Part shown: positions 29,826 through 41,292 of the stretch, one piece after another
Position numbering within the stretch: position 1 is the stretch's first letter
How the letters are laid out: every line of letters starts with the position of its first letter
Assembly (NCBI GenBank): GCA_963665665.1
Contig: OY762428.1
Coordinates: 2,592,001-2,656,000 of the forward strand
Length of the DNA: 64,000 nucleotides
Origin: Candidatus Kapaibacterium sp.
GTDB taxonomy: Bacteria > Bacteroidota > Ignavibacteria > Kapaibacteriales > UBA2268
Direction: 5' to 3'
Notes under the pieces: model-generated
Told to the model about the DNA's origin: nothing
The model's input: the letters and a program-made list of their open reading frames with translations, nothing else
Databases searched by the model: none
Made by a program: the position numbers and the translations under genes

Positions 29826-30700
29826 AAATATTATTAACAAATCACGCTTTAAAAAGATTCGGAGGTTCGGAATCCTATACTTTTACTCTGGCTAAAGAAT
29901 TATCAAAATACCACGAAGTATCAATTTATACTCCGGAGCCCGGGCCAGTAGCAAAATTTTTTTCTGATTTTTCAGAAATTGTTGAAAATCCCTCCTGCAA
30001 TTATGACTTTGTTATTTACTTTCATAATAATACAATTTTACCAAATCTAAAATCCATACCGCAGATTTATACTATTAACGGTATTTTTCCAAAACTGGAA
30101 CAGCCCCCGGCAGGTATGACTAAGTATGTTGCAATATCAAAAGAAATTGCTGATCATTTTAAAGATTTATCACCTTCAATTATTCTCAATGGAATTGATA
30201 CAACAAAATACAAACCAAATGAAAAAAAAGATAATAATAAAAAGAATGTTTTATTTTCAAGTCATTATAAAAGCAACATTTCAAGATTAATTAAATATGC
30301 TTGTTTAAGTCTTGGTTTAAATTTCAGACGAATAGGATCGGCAGATACAAAAAGAACAGATGTTAGAGAAGATTTACATTGGGCTGATATTGTTATTGGT
30401 CTTGGCAGGACAGCAATGGAAGCGCTTTCTTCCGGGAAAAAGGTTATTGTTGCAGACAAAAGGTCTTATGCAAATATAGGGATGGATGGATTGTTGACAA
30501 AAGACAATGTAGCTCGTTCTTGTAATAATAATTACTCTGGCAGAGCTTTCAAAAAAAGAATAAATATTTTTTTAATTAGAAAAGAATTAAAAAAGGCTAT
30601 CGAAGATAATACTTGTTGGGAAAGAGATTGGATTTGTGAAAATCATGATATTACAAAAATTGCTCAGAAATATATCGATTTAATAATTAAAAACAAATAG
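29822..30700 (+). CDS. Glycosyltransferase (GT-B/GT4-like)
   Basis: GGSESYTFTLAKEL, NGIDT, ADIVIGLGRTAMEALSSG. Confidence 0.82.
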   Translation: MKILLTNHALKRFGGSESYTFTLAKELSKYHEVSIYTPEPGPVAKFFSDFSEIVENPSCNYDFVIYFHNNTILPNLKSIPQIYTINGIFPKLEQPPAGMTKYVAISKEIADHFKDLSPSIILNGIDTTKYKPNEKKDNNKKNVLFSSHYKSNISRLIKYACLSLGLNFRRIGSADTKRTDVREDLHWADIVIGLGRTAMEALSSGKKVIVADKRSYANIGMDGLLTKDNVARSCNNNYSGRAFKKRINIFLIRKELKKAIEDNTCWERDWICENHDITKIAQKYIDLIIKNK

Positions 30701-30712
30701 CCATTTAATGCC

Positions 30713-31522
30713 ATGAAGATTATAGGATTAACCAGAATCAGAAATGAAGAAAAAATCATCAAAGATACTTTAGATCATTTATCAACATACTGTAACGAAA
30801 TTTATATTTATGATGATGCATCTACTGATAAGACTTTAGAAATTTGTCGATCTCATCCCAATGTGACAGGTATTATTGAATGTAAAATTTGGGAAGAAGA
30901 AAGATTAAACGCTGAAACAAAAAACCGACAAAAATTATTAGAACTTGCTCAACAGAATGCTACAGAGAATGATTGGTTTGTATATATTGATGCTGATGAA
31001 AGGATAGAATTTGATTGGGATATTTTGAATTCTACCAAAGCTAATGCCGTAAAGATGAAATTGTTTGATTTTTATATAACAGAAGAAGATAAAGATAAGA
31101 CATATATTGATCGGGAATGGCTTGGACCTGAATACAGAGAAATAATTATGGCTTTTAAAAATTCAAAAGAATTAAAATATTATCGGCCAATTCAAAGAGA
31201 AGCAACTCTTCCAGCAAATAGTATCATTTTATACAAAGGATTTGTAAGGCATTATGGAAAAGCAATTTCCATCGAAGAATGGGAAGAGACTTGTGATTAT
31301 TATATAAAATATTTTGAAAAATATAGCGCAAAATGGGCACAAAGAAAGGGAAAAGCAATTCATTCAATTTCTGATTTTGGCTGTAAACTAATTAAATGGG
31401 ATGAGAAGGAATTAAAAGGTTTTCCAATTCAATGGGTATCGGGAAAGAAAAAAAAGAAAGTAAAATTATTTCTAAAAAGAATTCAAATATTTCTTAAAAC
31501 TAAGAGAATGATTTGTCTTTGA
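30713..31522 (+). CDS. Glycosyltransferase family 2
   Basis: RNEE, DDASTD, IDADE, HYG motifs. Confidence 0.85.
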   Translation: MKIIGLTRIRNEEKIIKDTLDHLSTYCNEIYIYDDASTDKTLEICRSHPNVTGIIECKIWEEERLNAETKNRQKLLELAQQNATENDWFVYIDADERIEFDWDILNSTKANAVKMKLFDFYITEEDKDKTYIDREWLGPEYREIIMAFKNSKELKYYRPIQREATLPANSIILYKGFVRHYGKAISIEEWEETCDYYIKYFEKYSAKWAQRKGKAIHSISDFGCKLIKWDEKELKGFPIQWVSGKKKKKVKLFLKRIQIFLKTKRMICL

Positions 31523-32463
31523 ACATCTATACCATAGTAGTAACCTATAACGGAGAAAAATGGGCCGAGCGTTGTTTCGGAAGCCTGGTTAATTCCGATA
31601 TTGAAAACCATACTATCCTGGCAATAGATAATGGATCAACAGATAAGACTTTAGATATAATCAGACGTAAATTTCCGCAGGTTAAAATAATTGAAACAGG
31701 TGAAAACCTCGGCTTCGGCAAAGCAAATAATATTGGATTAAGCCTGGCATATAAAAACAATGCAGACTATGTGTTTCTGATCAATCAGGATGCCTGGGTG
31801 GATAGTAACCAAACTCTCAAACAAATGGTAAATATCCATGAGAAAAATCCTGATTACGGTATAATAAGTCCGGTACATTTGAATGCAGACAGGACATTAG
31901 ATAAGGGTTTCTCGAATTATGTAAAAGCAGGTGTGGATAATTCATTTTTATTGGATTCCTTAAGCAGAAATATTAGTAGGGACGCTTATCCTGTTAAATT
32001 TGTAAATGCTGCTTCCTGGCTGATAAGCAAAAAATGTATATCACGAAATGGTGGTTTTATGCCGGCATTTCCTCATTATGGAGAAGACAGGAATTACTGC
32101 CACCGCGTAATAAACTCAGATTTGAAAATTGGAATAGTTCCAGGTATTTTAATGGTTCATGACAGGGGTAATAGAGAAGGCCGCAAAACAGATAAATCAT
32201 TCAAATTTAGAAAGAATATTGCTTACGTTGATATATTAATCTCAATAACAACAAGTTGTTCAAATTCCATTTTCATTTTTTTCTCTAAAACTCTTTTCGA
32301 ATTATTAAAAAAAATATGGTATAAAAAATCACAACCATTTGCAGTTATTTACTTAATATTGGCTTATTTGAAAATACTTTATAACTTAAGAGATATTTAT
32401 CATCAAGTTTTACTTAGCAAAACTAAAGATTCACATTTTCTTGATTTTAATATTTACAACTAA
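31513..32463 (+). CDS. Glycosyltransferase family 2
   Basis: VVTYN, DNGSTD, NLGFGKANN, INQD, YGED. Confidence 0.9.
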   Translation: MSLNIYTIVVTYNGEKWAERCFGSLVNSDIENHTILAIDNGSTDKTLDIIRRKFPQVKIIETGENLGFGKANNIGLSLAYKNNADYVFLINQDAWVDSNQTLKQMVNIHEKNPDYGIISPVHLNADRTLDKGFSNYVKAGVDNSFLLDSLSRNISRDAYPVKFVNAASWLISKKCISRNGGFMPAFPHYGEDRNYCHRVINSDLKIGIVPGILMVHDRGNREGRKTDKSFKFRKNIAYVDILISITTSCSNSIFIFFSKTLFELLKKIWYKKSQPFAVIYLILAYLKILYNLRDIYHQVLLSKTKDSHFLDFNIYN

Positions 32464-32469
32464 CTTATC

Positions 32470-33393
32470 ATGAAACTTATTATTTTAATACCAACACATA
32501 ACAGGCTTCAACTTTTAAAAAGAGCTTTGGATTCTTTGGCTAAATGCGATTTTCCCACTGAGTATTCCAAAACGATTGTTATTGAAAATGGTGGTAAATT
32601 CGGCGTTGAAGAATTAATTAAAGATTATAATCATATTCAGGTGGAGTATCAATACCAGGAATTAGGCAATAAAAGTGCAGCCCTGAATTCTGCTCTTGAA
32701 GGTATTTCCTCTAAATCCTTGATCTATTTTACCGATGATGATGTAAGGTTTTCTACTCAGGTTTTAAAAGCATATTGCAAGACAGCCAAAAAGTATCCGG
32801 ATAAAAACATATATGGTGGTCCGGTAGGAGTTGATTATGAAGGAAAAACACCTGATAACTGGCTGTTGAATTATTTACCTGATTCTGCTAAAGGTTGGAA
32901 TTATACAAACAAACAGTTATTATCTCGAAACATCAATTTCTTAGGCATCAACTGGGCTGCATATTCTGACGATTTAAAAACCAACGGACTTTTTAACTCT
33001 AACTTTGGTCCTGGGGGAAATACAGTAGGTAGAGGTCAGGAAACAACAATGCAAAATAAAATGCTGAAAAATGGATGGAAATCTTGTTACATTCCTGATG
33101 CTAAAGTTTGGCATTATGTCCCAAAGAATAGATCAGATAAAAAATTTACTTTAGAACACATATACAAGGTAGGAAGAACTCAGGGATATAAACAAGCTCA
33201 AAATAAATATTCCTTATACTTCCCATCTGATATTTATAAAGGAATTATCTTCCAATTATACATGATATTAACCTGGCCATTTTTTAATAAAGGATTTCAG
33301 CACAAAGAAGAAAAAATCTTTTTTTTCAAATATAAGTTCAATTTTGTTAAAGGCATGGTTCAGGGCTTTTTTTACCAGAAGTCGAGGAATTGA
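32470..33393 (+). CDS. Glycosyltransferase family 2, paralog A
   Basis: IPTHNR, FTDDD, GQET, AKVWH. Confidence 0.88.
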   Translation: MKLIILIPTHNRLQLLKRALDSLAKCDFPTEYSKTIVIENGGKFGVEELIKDYNHIQVEYQYQELGNKSAALNSALEGISSKSLIYFTDDDVRFSTQVLKAYCKTAKKYPDKNIYGGPVGVDYEGKTPDNWLLNYLPDSAKGWNYTNKQLLSRNINFLGINWAAYSDDLKTNGLFNSNFGPGGNTVGRGQETTMQNKMLKNGWKSCYIPDAKVWHYVPKNRSDKKFTLEHIYKVGRTQGYKQAQNKYSLYFPSDIYKGIIFQLYMILTWPFFNKGFQHKEEKIFFFKYKFNFVKGMVQGFFYQKSRN

Positions 33394-33443
33394 TAATATC
33401 AAAAGTTTTTTTTCATTTTAAGAACATATTTAGATCTGTATTA

Positions 33444-34379
33444 ATGGAACTTATAATAATTATTCCAACACATAAAAGACCTGAACTTTTAGGGAGAACT
33501 TTAGATTCTTTAGCTAAATGCGATTTTCCCGATGAATATTCAAAGACAATTGTAGTAGAGAACGGTGGCAAATTTGGCGTTGAAGAATTAGTTAAGGATT
33601 ATAAAAATATTCAGGTTGAGTATCAATATCAGGAATTAGGTAATAAAAGCGCAGCCCTGAATTCTGTTCTTGATAAAGTTCCCCCGAAATCATTGATTTA
33701 TTTTACCGATGATGATGTAAGGTTTTCTACTCGGGTTTTAATTGCTTACTGCAAAGCAGCAAAAAATAATCCTTATAAATACGTTTATGGGGGACCTTTT
33801 GAAGTTGACTATGAATACAAAAAACCAGAGAGCTGGCTATCAAAATATTTACCTGATTCGGCCAAAGGCTGGAATAAAGGAAATAATCTAATATTGTCTA
33901 AAAATATCAATTTTATTGGATTTAATTGGGCTGCTTTTGCACATGATATATTGGCGAACGGAGGATTTAATAACCAATTCGGGCCGGGTAATAATACAAT
34001 CGGTAGAGGTCAGGAAACAACAATGCAGGAAATTATGTATAAGAATGGTTGGCAATCTTGTTACATTCCTGATGCTAAAGTTTGGCATTATGTCCCTGAA
34101 ATTCGTTCTGATGAAAATTTTGCAATAACTCATCTATACAAAGAAGGCAAAACAATCGGGGCAAAATTAAGAAAATATAAGAACCCATTGATCATTTCAA
34201 CATCAATAATTATGAAAATTATTTATCATCTGTTTAAAGTATTAATATTTTTAATTTTTAATTTTTTTACTTCAGATATTAAAGAAAAAAAATTTCATGT
34301 TAAATACAAATGGAATTATTTAAAGGGGGTAATTGAAGGATATAAATATCGGGATATTAACAAGCAAACCTTCTTATAA
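33444..34379 (+). CDS. Glycosyltransferase family 2, paralog B
   Basis: Close tandem paralog of 32470-33393; ATG 33444 aligns with the paralog start. Confidence 0.88.
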   Translation: MELIIIIPTHKRPELLGRTLDSLAKCDFPDEYSKTIVVENGGKFGVEELVKDYKNIQVEYQYQELGNKSAALNSVLDKVPPKSLIYFTDDDVRFSTRVLIAYCKAAKNNPYKYVYGGPFEVDYEYKKPESWLSKYLPDSAKGWNKGNNLILSKNINFIGFNWAAFAHDILANGGFNNQFGPGNNTIGRGQETTMQEIMYKNGWQSCYIPDAKVWHYVPEIRSDENFAITHLYKEGKTIGAKLRKYKNPLIISTSIIMKIIYHLFKVLIFLIFNFFTSDIKEKKFHVKYKWNYLKGVIEGYKYRDINKQTFL

Positions 34380-34441
34380 ATTTGGTGATGCTATGTGTCG
34401 TTGTTTAATGGGAATTTAAAATTGTTGATCGGTATTAATTC

Positions 34442-35677
34442 ATGAATATACTCCATATAAATACGCAGGCTGGCGGCGGGGCAGGAATTGCTGCAAAAAG
34501 GATTATGAAAGCCCTTGAAAAAAAAGGGCATCATTCGGATATGCTGGTTCTTTTCGGCAATAATGATCCGGAAAATCATATATACAATTTTTGGGGCGTG
34601 AAACATAATGCCATTCAATATATGAAAATGGCATATCACCCTGTCATTAATAGAATTAATACTTTCGGCCGGAAATTTAAGCCGGAAATGTTTTCCAGGC
34701 CACGAAGCCTGATTGATATTACAAGTCATGATTTGTATAAGAAAGCCGATATAATCCATTTGCATTGGGTAGCACATTTTCTTGATTATCCATCATTCTT
34801 TAAAAAGAACAATAAACCTGTAGTTTGGACATTGCACGATCAAAATCCTTTTACTGGGGGTTGTCATTATTCATTTGAATGCAATAATTTCTTGCAAAAC
34901 TGTAATAATTGCCCTCAGCTTGTTGGAGCATTTAATCAGAACTTTTCAGTATCCAATATTAATAAAAAGAGTCAAGCACTAAAAAATTTTCACAAACTTC
35001 ATATAGTAACACCCTCAAACTGGCTGTTGGAGCTGTCTAGGAAAAGTACGGTTTTTAAAAAAATTCTACACACTCGTATTAGGCATTGCCTTGATCCCAA
35101 GGAGTTTTTTCCTGAAAACAAATCTCAGGCAAGAAAACAATTCAATATTCCCGACGACTCTATTGTTCTTTCTTTTGTATCTCAAAACATCGAGAAGGAA
35201 TACAAAGGTTTCGGATTGCTGATTAATGCATTGAAAAAAATCTATGCTGATAATATTGTTCTTTTGGCTATTGGAGAACAACTAACTGATACAATTAATT
35301 CTGATATAATCATTATTAATACTGGCTTTATAGATAATACTGAAATATTGAGAAAGGCTTACAGCGCCTCGAATTTATTTGTTAACCCATCACTTTCAGA
35401 AAGTTTCTCCCTGACAACTGCTGAAGCGCAAATGTGTGGAACACCCGTTTTGGTCTTTCCCGTAACGGCAGTGCAGGAATTAGTTGACCATGGAATCAAT
35501 GGTATTAAAACAAATAAACCTGATAGTGATTCACTGTTTCAATCAATTCAACTATTCATAGATAATAAATTTTATTTTGATTGTGATAAAATTACCAATT
35601 TGGCCAGGCAAAATTATAGCGAAAATTCAACTGCCAATAACTATATAAAAATTTATGAAGAACTATTGAAAAAATAA
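34442..35677 (+). CDS. Glycosyltransferase family 4 (WcaC-like)
   Basis: GGAGIAA, IIHLHW, VWTLHD..PFTGGCHY, ESFSLTTAEA. Confidence 0.88.
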   Translation: MNILHINTQAGGGAGIAAKRIMKALEKKGHHSDMLVLFGNNDPENHIYNFWGVKHNAIQYMKMAYHPVINRINTFGRKFKPEMFSRPRSLIDITSHDLYKKADIIHLHWVAHFLDYPSFFKKNNKPVVWTLHDQNPFTGGCHYSFECNNFLQNCNNCPQLVGAFNQNFSVSNINKKSQALKNFHKLHIVTPSNWLLELSRKSTVFKKILHTRIRHCLDPKEFFPENKSQARKQFNIPDDSIVLSFVSQNIEKEYKGFGLLINALKKIYADNIVLLAIGEQLTDTINSDIIIINTGFIDNTEILRKAYSASNLFVNPSLSESFSLTTAEAQMCGTPVLVFPVTAVQELVDHGINGIKTNKPDSDSLFQSIQLFIDNKFYFDCDKITNLARQNYSENSTANNYIKIYEELLKK

Positions 35678-35708
35678 TTTTTGAAATTATTAATTTTGGG
35701 TTATTATC

Positions 35709-36692
35709 ATGAAATTTTCGAAGATTGTAAAACTTATTTCAAATCATGAAAGTATAATTTTATCTCCTCCGGTTTTAATGGACATTGGCGCATCAGGCTA
35801 TATAAATAAACACTGGAAAAAAATAGCATCATTTTCAATATGTATAGCATTTGATGCTGATGACAGAGAGTTCGAGTATATTGAAGATAAGAAATCATTA
35901 TATAAGAAACTTATTAAAGTGAATAAAATTCTTGTAGCTGAAGGCGAAGGTATTAGGGATTTCTATTTAACAAAATCTCCATACTGCTCTAGCCTTCTTG
36001 AACCGAATAATGCCTCGCTTGAAAAATTTCAGTTTTCTTCTCTATTCGATATTGAAAAACAAATAGAAATATCTTCAATAAGTTTGCCAAAGGTAATCGA
36101 TGATCTGTCAATAAAAAATATTGACTGGTTTAAAACTGATTCTCAGGGAACAGATCTTAGATTATTGATTTCTGTTGATCCAAAAATATTTAGAAAGATG
36201 ATTGTTATAGAAATTGAGCCTGGATTTATTGACGCTTATAAGGATGAAGATAAAATATTAGATTGTCTGAATTTCATGGAGCAGAATAAAGATTTTTTCC
36301 TTGCTGATTTTATAATTAAAGGGCCTTTAAGAATTCCAGATGATATTTTTAATTCATTTTTTAAAAGTACTTTATTAACAAAAATCGCTGCATATTGCAA
36401 TAAACCTGTTCCAGGCTGGGCAGAAATCACTTTTATGAACGATATGGAGAATCCTGATGCTAAGTTCACAAGTCGAGATATTATTTTGGCTTGGCTATTT
36501 AGTTCTTTACAAGATCATCATGCATTAGCATATGTATATGGAGAAATTGGACAAAAAAGATTTAAAGATGATCCTATATTTATAACTCTTCAAAATTATT
36601 CAACAAAAAAATTGAAGTATGGAATGTATAGCTTGAGTTCGTTAATAAAGTTGAGTAAATTTTTTTTTAAGAGATTCTTTAAAATTCAATAG
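35709..36692 (+). CDS. FkbM-like methyltransferase
   Basis: [19 protein letters not shown] motifs. Confidence 0.7.
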   Translation: MKFSKIVKLISNHESIILSPPVLMDIGASGYINKHWKKIASFSICIAFDADDREFEYIEDKKSLYKKLIKVNKILVAEGEGIRDFYLTKSPYCSSLLEPNNASLEKFQFSSLFDIEKQIEISSISLPKVIDDLSIKNIDWFKTDSQGTDLRLLISVDPKIFRKMIVIEIEPGFIDAYKDEDKILDCLNFMEQNKDFFLADFIIKGPLRIPDDIFNSFFKSTLLTKIAAYCNKPVPGWAEITFMNDMENPDAKFTSRDIILAWLFSSLQDHHALAYVYGEIGQKRFKDDPIFITLQNYSTKKLKYGMYSLSSLIKLSKFFFKRFFKIQ

Positions 36693-36727
36693 TTAAACAA
36701 ACAATAATAAATAAAGCGAAAAACATT

Positions 36728-37876
36728 ATGAAAAAAGCACTGATAACAGGAATAACAGGACAGGATGGGTCATACCTGGCAGAGATGCTGCTGGCAAAGG
36801 GATATGAGGTTCATGGGATTATCCGCAGGGCCAGCACATTCAATACACAGAGAATTGACCATATTTACCAGGATCCGCACGAGGATGAAGTAAAGATGTA
36901 TCTTCACTACGGCGACCTGGCTGATCCCGGCCTAATCACCGAAATGATGTATAATATTCAACCGGATGAGATCTACCACCTTGGAGCACAGAGCCACGTG
37001 CGTGTATCATTCGATATGCCGGAATATACCGGAAACGTAACAGGGCTGGGTACTACCAGGCTGCTGGAAGCTGTACGCCGCAGCGGCATAAAAACAAAAT
37101 TCTACCAGGCTTCAACATCTGAGCTTTTCGGGGCTGCCAAACCTCCGCAAAGTGAAACTACGGTATTCCAGCCGCAAAGCCCTTATGCCATTGCCAAGAT
37201 GTATTCCTACTGGATGGTGAAGAACTATCGCGAGGCATATAATATGTTTGCATGCAACGGCATCCTGTTCAACCACGAAAGCCCCCGCCGCGGCGAAATA
37301 TTTGTAACTAGAAAAATTACACGCGCCGTGGCAAGGATTCTTGCAGGAAATCAAAAGAAGATATTCCTTGGCAACTTAGACGCTAAGCGCGACTGGGGAT
37401 TTGCACCGGAATATGTTGAAATGATGTGGCTAATGCTTCAGGCCGACGAGCCGGAAGATTATGCCGTGGGAACAGGTGAAAGCCATTCTGTTCGCGAATT
37501 CGTGGAAACGGCTTTCAACTATGCAGGCGTGGAAATTGAATGGCAGGGAGAAGGCGTGGGAACAAAAGGTCTGGTAAAATCAAATACTTTCAATTCAGGG
37601 CCCAAACCGGGCGACAGCATTATTGAAATCGATCCGAGATATTTCCGTCCCACTGAGGTTGATTTCCTTCTCGCTGATATTTCCAAGGCAAAGGAAATAC
37701 TGAAATGGGAGCCGCGAGTAAAATTTAACGAACTGGTTCAGGTTATGACTGATTTCGATATGATGCAGAACGGACTGAAAGCCCCCGGAACGGGCATGAA
37801 ATCCGTGAAAGAGAAAGGAATTGCCTGGACAGACCATAAATTTGTGAATTTCCTTGATATTAACAACGAAGTGTGA
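36728..37876 (+). CDS. gmd: GDP-mannose 4,6-dehydratase
   Basis: [46 protein letters not shown]. Confidence 0.97.
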   Translation: MKKALITGITGQDGSYLAEMLLAKGYEVHGIIRRASTFNTQRIDHIYQDPHEDEVKMYLHYGDLADPGLITEMMYNIQPDEIYHLGAQSHVRVSFDMPEYTGNVTGLGTTRLLEAVRRSGIKTKFYQASTSELFGAAKPPQSETTVFQPQSPYAIAKMYSYWMVKNYREAYNMFACNGILFNHESPRRGEIFVTRKITRAVARILAGNQKKIFLGNLDAKRDWGFAPEYVEMMWLMLQADEPEDYAVGTGESHSVREFVETAFNYAGVEIEWQGEGVGTKGLVKSNTFNSGPKPGDSIIEIDPRYFRPTEVDFLLADISKAKEILKWEPRVKFNELVQVMTDFDMMQNGLKAPGTGMKSVKEKGIAWTDHKFVNFLDINNEV

Positions 37877-37890
37877 TCGGGATAAATACT

Positions 37891-38940
37891 ATGGAAAAAA
37901 ATTCAAAGATACTGATAGCCGGATACAAGGGCATGGTTGGTTCGGCAATATATAAAACCCTGCAAATCAAGGGATATGACAATTTTATCCTTGCTGATAA
38001 AGATGATGTTGACTTTACAAGGCAGGCCGATACTGAAGAATTTTTCGCGCAGCTTAAGCCGGACTATGTTTTTCTTGCCGCCGCAAAAGTGGGCGGAATT
38101 GTAGCCAATAATACTTATAAGGCCGAGTTTATTTTCGATAATATGTCGATAGCTATGAATATTATCAACTCAGCTAATAAATCGGGCGTTAAAAAGCTGC
38201 TTAACCTGGGCTCCTCATGTATATATCCCAAGTTTGCGCCGCAGCCCATGCAGGAAAATCACCTTCTGACAGGCGAGCTGGAACCCACCAACGAACCTTA
38301 CGCTATTGCCAAAATTTCAGCTATCAAGCTTTGTCGTTATTTCAACGAGCAGTATGGAACTGATTTTATTTCAGTGATGCCTACCAATCTCTTTGGTCTG
38401 AACGATAATTATAACCTGGAAACATCCCATGTGCTGCCGGCATTGATAAGGAAAATGATTCTCGGTAAAGCGCTGAGGAATAATAATTTTGAATTCCTGA
38501 GGGAAGATATTAAAAAGCGCCCCCTGGGATACAAACTGGAAGATAATATCACTGATAATGATTCTATTGTTAGTGCGCTGGCAGAACTCGGGATAACAGC
38601 CGAATATGTAAAAATTTGGGGAACCGGCAAAGTTATGCGAGAATTCCTCCACGCTGACGATATGGCAGCAGCCTGCGTTTTTCTGATGGAGAATAAATCC
38701 TATGATGAAATCGGTGAATTTGTAAATATTGGTACAGGCGAGGACTTGTCGATTGCTGAGCTGGCGGAAACTATTCAAAAAGTTACTGGATACGAAGGCG
38801 AACTTCGTTTCGATGCCGATAAACCGGAAGGAACTCCCCGAAAATTATTGGATGTCAGCCGTATAAAATCTCTTGGCTGGAAACCTGAAATTAGCTTAGA
38901 GGAAGGTATCGGGAAGGTTGTGGGAAGCTATCTATCATAA
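37891..38940 (+). CDS. fcl: GDP-L-fucose synthase
   Basis: [51 protein letters not shown]. Confidence 0.96.
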   Translation: MEKNSKILIAGYKGMVGSAIYKTLQIKGYDNFILADKDDVDFTRQADTEEFFAQLKPDYVFLAAAKVGGIVANNTYKAEFIFDNMSIAMNIINSANKSGVKKLLNLGSSCIYPKFAPQPMQENHLLTGELEPTNEPYAIAKISAIKLCRYFNEQYGTDFISVMPTNLFGLNDNYNLETSHVLPALIRKMILGKALRNNNFEFLREDIKKRPLGYKLEDNITDNDSIVSALAELGITAEYVKIWGTGKVMREFLHADDMAAACVFLMENKSYDEIGEFVNIGTGEDLSIAELAETIQKVTGYEGELRFDADKPEGTPRKLLDVSRIKSLGWKPEISLEEGIGKVVGSYLS

Positions 38941-38950
38941 AATGAAAATG

Positions 38951-39069
38951 AATCAATCAGTTCTTTGAAATGTGCGGTTTTAACCTTCGGAAGGTTTGTG
39001 CTAAATATCAGCGGTATAATCAATTGTATTGTTCTTGAAAAGGATGCTTCCGAAGGTTCGGGTAGGTCG
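38951..39069 (+). repeat. boxA-like motif plus REPIN-like doublet
   Basis: CAGTTCTTTGAAATG followed by AACCTTCGGAAGGTT...CTTCCGAAGGTTCGGGTAGG. Confidence 0.8.
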
Positions 39070-39174
39070 GGCATGACTATTCCCTGCAAAGATTCGGCAT
39101 CGTATAGTGTGAATACAATCTATATAGATACAACTAGAGATTCATAAAAAAGAATTAAGGAAGAGGAAGATAAT

Positions 39175-39552
39175 ATGTTTTTTCCATATCTGCATAAGAA
39201 AATAATTAAAATATTATGTGAGAGAAATAAACTTAGAGAGATAGAAGATAATTATTTTGATAGTATAATTTTAGTTTTTGAATACTCTGAATTTATCTTG
39301 TTAGAGGTTGACTATGATCATGATGAGATCGTAATGCAGGAAATAGATAATATTCCTACTAATATTGATTATGTCACATATTATCCAACTTTTGCAAAGG
39401 ATAGAGAATTAAAATCGGTTTGGGTTTGTAGAGGTATTTACGAATGTGATGATTTGCTCCTTCTCGGTATTAATAAGTCTTTACCAAATTTCGCTATATA
39501 TTCTTCATGTGAAGGATTGGAAATATTTGAAATAAATTTGAATAAATTATGA
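39175..39552 (+). CDS. Hypothetical protein (possible orphan immunity protein)
   Basis: Strong RBS (GAGGA), acidic 125-aa AT-rich ORF inside the repeat island. Confidence 0.65.
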   Translation: MFFPYLHKKIIKILCERNKLREIEDNYFDSIILVFEYSEFILLEVDYDHDEIVMQEIDNIPTNIDYVTYYPTFAKDRELKSVWVCRGIYECDDLLLLGINKSLPNFAIYSSCEGLEIFEINLNKL

Positions 39553-39579
39553 AATTAATTATAAAATTACGTATACTTT

Positions 39580-39696
39580 ATCTCATCCCCTCTCTTAGCC
39601 TCCGAATTCATCGAGAATCGTAGCCAGTGGGATGCGGATGTACGCTACAAAACTGAAAACGCCGGGGTGACGGCATGGATTATGCCCGGCAGTGTG
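39580..39696 (+). pseudogene. 5' fragment of an SBBP/T9SS gene
   Basis: ATCTCATCCCCTCTCTT...GGATTATGCCCGGCAG closely matches the reverse complement of about 19175-19291. Confidence 0.85.
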
Positions 39697-40005
39697 GCAG
39701 GGAAAAGAATTTGAAATAATAATTCATATCTTAACTTAAAGGGCAATCAATCAGTTCTTTGAAATGTGCAGATTCAACCTTCGGAAGGTTTGGGTTAAAT
39801 ATTGCCGATATTATCAACGGCAAAGTTCCTGAACAGTAACCTTCCGAAGGTTCGGGTAGGTCGATTATGGCTTAAATATTTTACAAATTTCTTTGCTGAT
39901 TTATCATATTGATGTCCAATAATTTATTGGAAATATTTGATATTATATCTATATTTATTGTAATATTCTGATGAATCCGGTGTCTTCATTTAAAAAGGAG
40001 TTATT

Positions 40006-40230
40006 ATGATTACAAATCTGACAGCAGTGTACAAAAAAGTAACCGAAGGTTATATCGGCTATGTTGAGGAGTTGCCGGGTGCTAATGCTCAGGGCCTTAC
40101 GCTTGATGAGGTAAAACAGAATCTGAGGGAAGCCGTACTGCTTGTTCTTGAAACTAACCGTGAGATCAGCAGGATTGAAACCCCGGAGAATCCGGAATTT
40201 GAAGAGACTTTCAGTTTAAGCATGACATGA
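40006..40230 (+). CDS. hicB: HicB-family antitoxin (short form)
   Basis: GYIGYVEELPGANAQGLTLDEVKQNLREA. Confidence 0.88.
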   Translation: MITNLTAVYKKVTEGYIGYVEELPGANAQGLTLDEVKQNLREAVLLVLETNREISRIETPENPEFEETFSLSMT

Positions 40231-40421
40231 AAAGGAAGAAGTTCCTGAAATACCTGCTTTCTCTTGGTATTGTATTGCACAGAGAGGGAGGCAATCATTC
40301 TGTATTTATAAATCCCATTGCAAAAAGAATATCAACAGTTCCGCGACATAATGAGATTAACGACTTCCTTATTAACAAAATTTGCCGGGACCTTGATATT
40401 CCTGCTCCAACTAAGCGTTAA
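40227..40421 (+). CDS. hicA: HicA-family toxin
   Basis: REGGNHSVF...STVPRHNEI...ICRDL; ATGA overlap with hicB. Confidence 0.9.
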   Translation: MKRKKFLKYLLSLGIVLHREGGNHSVFINPIAKRISTVPRHNEINDFLINKICRDLDIPAPTKR

Positions 40422-40635
40422 TTCACGGCTTGACCTTCCGATGGTTTGTGTTATATATTACCGGTATCATCAATCGTGTTGTTCCTGAACATGAACCTTC
40501 CGAATGTTTTGCCATTCAGCTCCGTAGGAGCGACACAAAACGAAATGCCGCCCCTACGGGGCTTATACATGTGATTGGGTAATAAATACTACAAAAATAC
40601 CGCAGCTACGCTGCTGATGTATTATTAGATTACCC

Positions 40636-40993
40636 CTTTGAAATAATAATAAATATGCTTAATTTATAGGCAGGCAGGCAGTTCTTTGAAATGTTGCGGT
40701 TTCAACCTTCGGAAGGTTTGTGTTAATTATTAACGGTAAAGTTCCTGAACAGGAACCTTCCGAAGGTTCGGGTAGGCCGATTATTGCTTAAATATTTTAC
40801 AAATTTCTTTGCTGATTTATCATATTGATGTCCAATAATTTATTGGAAATATTTGATATTATATCTATATTTATTGTAATATTCTGATGAATCCGGTGTC
40901 TTCATTTAAAAAGAGTTATTATGATTACAAATCTGACGGCAGTGTATAAAAAAGTAACCGAAGGTTATATCGGCTATGTTGAGGAGTTCCCGG
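40636..40993 (+). repeat. Direct duplication of about 39710-40078 (leader, REPIN and hicB 5' end)
   Basis: 39871-40073 and 40787-40988 are nearly identical; the second hicB (ATG 40921) stops matching after about 24 codons. Confidence 0.9.
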
Positions 40994-41292
40994 ACGCTAT
41001 ACAAATGTTCAAAGGCAAGTTGGCCGTAAAACTCTCTTGCAGCCTTATCTTTGATTGGTATCATGGTTAGAAAATGAGACCATGACAATTGTCGTGACAG
41101 CGTAGCGACAATTTGTTTGCCATATTCTGCTCTTTCTGATTTTAGTTCGAAAGTCAGAATTTTGTAGCCAATTTGCCAGAATAAAATGGTCAACGAACTA
41201 TTCACAGTCGAAACAACATATTGCTTTGATTTTTCTATGAGCGCAATAATGTCGCTAATCAAATTCTTGGAATTATGTTTATTATCTGCCAT
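40906..41292 (-). pseudogene. Truncated DUF1016/YhcG-like gene (N-terminal part)
   Basis: VNSSLTILFWQIG...RAEYGKQIVATLSRQLSWSHF...AREFY; homology ends at the hicB duplication; nuclease domain missing. Confidence 0.8.

Noticed and set aside
38965-39147. 60-aa ORF after fcl
   Set aside because: Mostly translated REPIN sequence; the short HDYSLQRF resemblance to an RHS core in another frame is too weak to call.
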